From positions 1 to 26,248 of the forward strand of contig JBKGZT010000015.1 of the NCBI GenBank assembly GCA_046543235.1: a stretch of 26,248 nt of DNA. Reading direction: 5' to 3'. Shown here piece by piece: positions 26,137 to 26,248 of the stretch. Position 1 is the first letter of the stretch. The number at the start of each line of letters is the position of its first letter. A program made the position numbers and the translations under genes. The stretch is from Candidatus Acetothermia bacterium (GTDB lineage: Bacteria > Bipolaricaulota > Bipolaricaulia > M55B111). A model generated the notes under the pieces. That model did no database searches. It was not told the origin of the DNA and was given only the letters and a program-made list of their open reading frames with translations.

Positions 26137-26248
26137 ATAGTGTATAAGCAACTGTGTAAAATGATTTTATAGCTTTGGAAACCGTTCGATAAAACCAGGG
26201 ATCAATTTCCCCAGCGGGGAAATTGCCCTTTCCGATCTCGGCTCGCTC
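26137..26248. repeat. Palindromic intergenic repeat, copy 3 (truncated by the window end; arm arrangement differs)
   Basis: Begins ATAGTGTA; TAGCTTTGGAAACCGTTC at 26170-26187, followed by the same core (AAAACCAGGGATC.ATTTCCCCAGCGGGGAAAT...GGCTCGC). Confidence 0.9.

Noticed and set aside
26086-26151. N-terminal extension of DUF72 in the ORF track
   Set aside because: It begins within repeat copy 3. GGAGG plus TTG at 26085 matches the family start.
18858-26248. CRISPR array or autonomous IS interpretation of the repeats
   Set aside because: Copies are dispersed, about 170-190 bp long and have no regular spacers. No cas or transposase ORF is present in the window.

Overview
Bacterial chromosomal window of mostly core and metabolic genes, probably from an anaerobe. 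The acid-rich proteins hint at a halophile, which is an inference. Gene content in order: a partial membrane-protein gene, a nucleoside-deoxyribosyltransferase-like ORF, a CoaBC homologue with degenerate catalytic motifs, an NfnAB/SudBA-type pair, a convergent operon (S1-domain protein, four-subunit 2-oxoacid:ferredoxin oxidoreductase, Nudix hydrolase), two GT4 glycosyltransferases, an acyltransferase, rsmA-rpsI-rpmE-DUF1385, an aromatic-amino-acid-type ABC transporter, a LIV-type ABC transporter whose binding-protein gene converges on the other subunits, proC and DUF72. The most interesting signals are missing from the ORF track. (1) A Tyr/Trp-rich leader peptide (…SYTYYYWHK*) with promoter, alternative hairpins and terminator upstream of the ABC transporter, i.e. 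a candidate ribosome-mediated attenuator. (2) Three copies of a modular palindromic ~170-190 bp element, with one copy rearranged so that a 51-bp inverted repeat brackets a 5.4-kb gene block. (3) A ~157-nt rod-like candidate ncRNA with an anti-Shine-Dalgarno-like loop. (4) A 42-aa small protein with its own promoter, RBS and terminator. No CRISPR array, tRNA, rRNA, transposase or recombinase was seen. All calls are by eye from remembered motifs; no searches were run.
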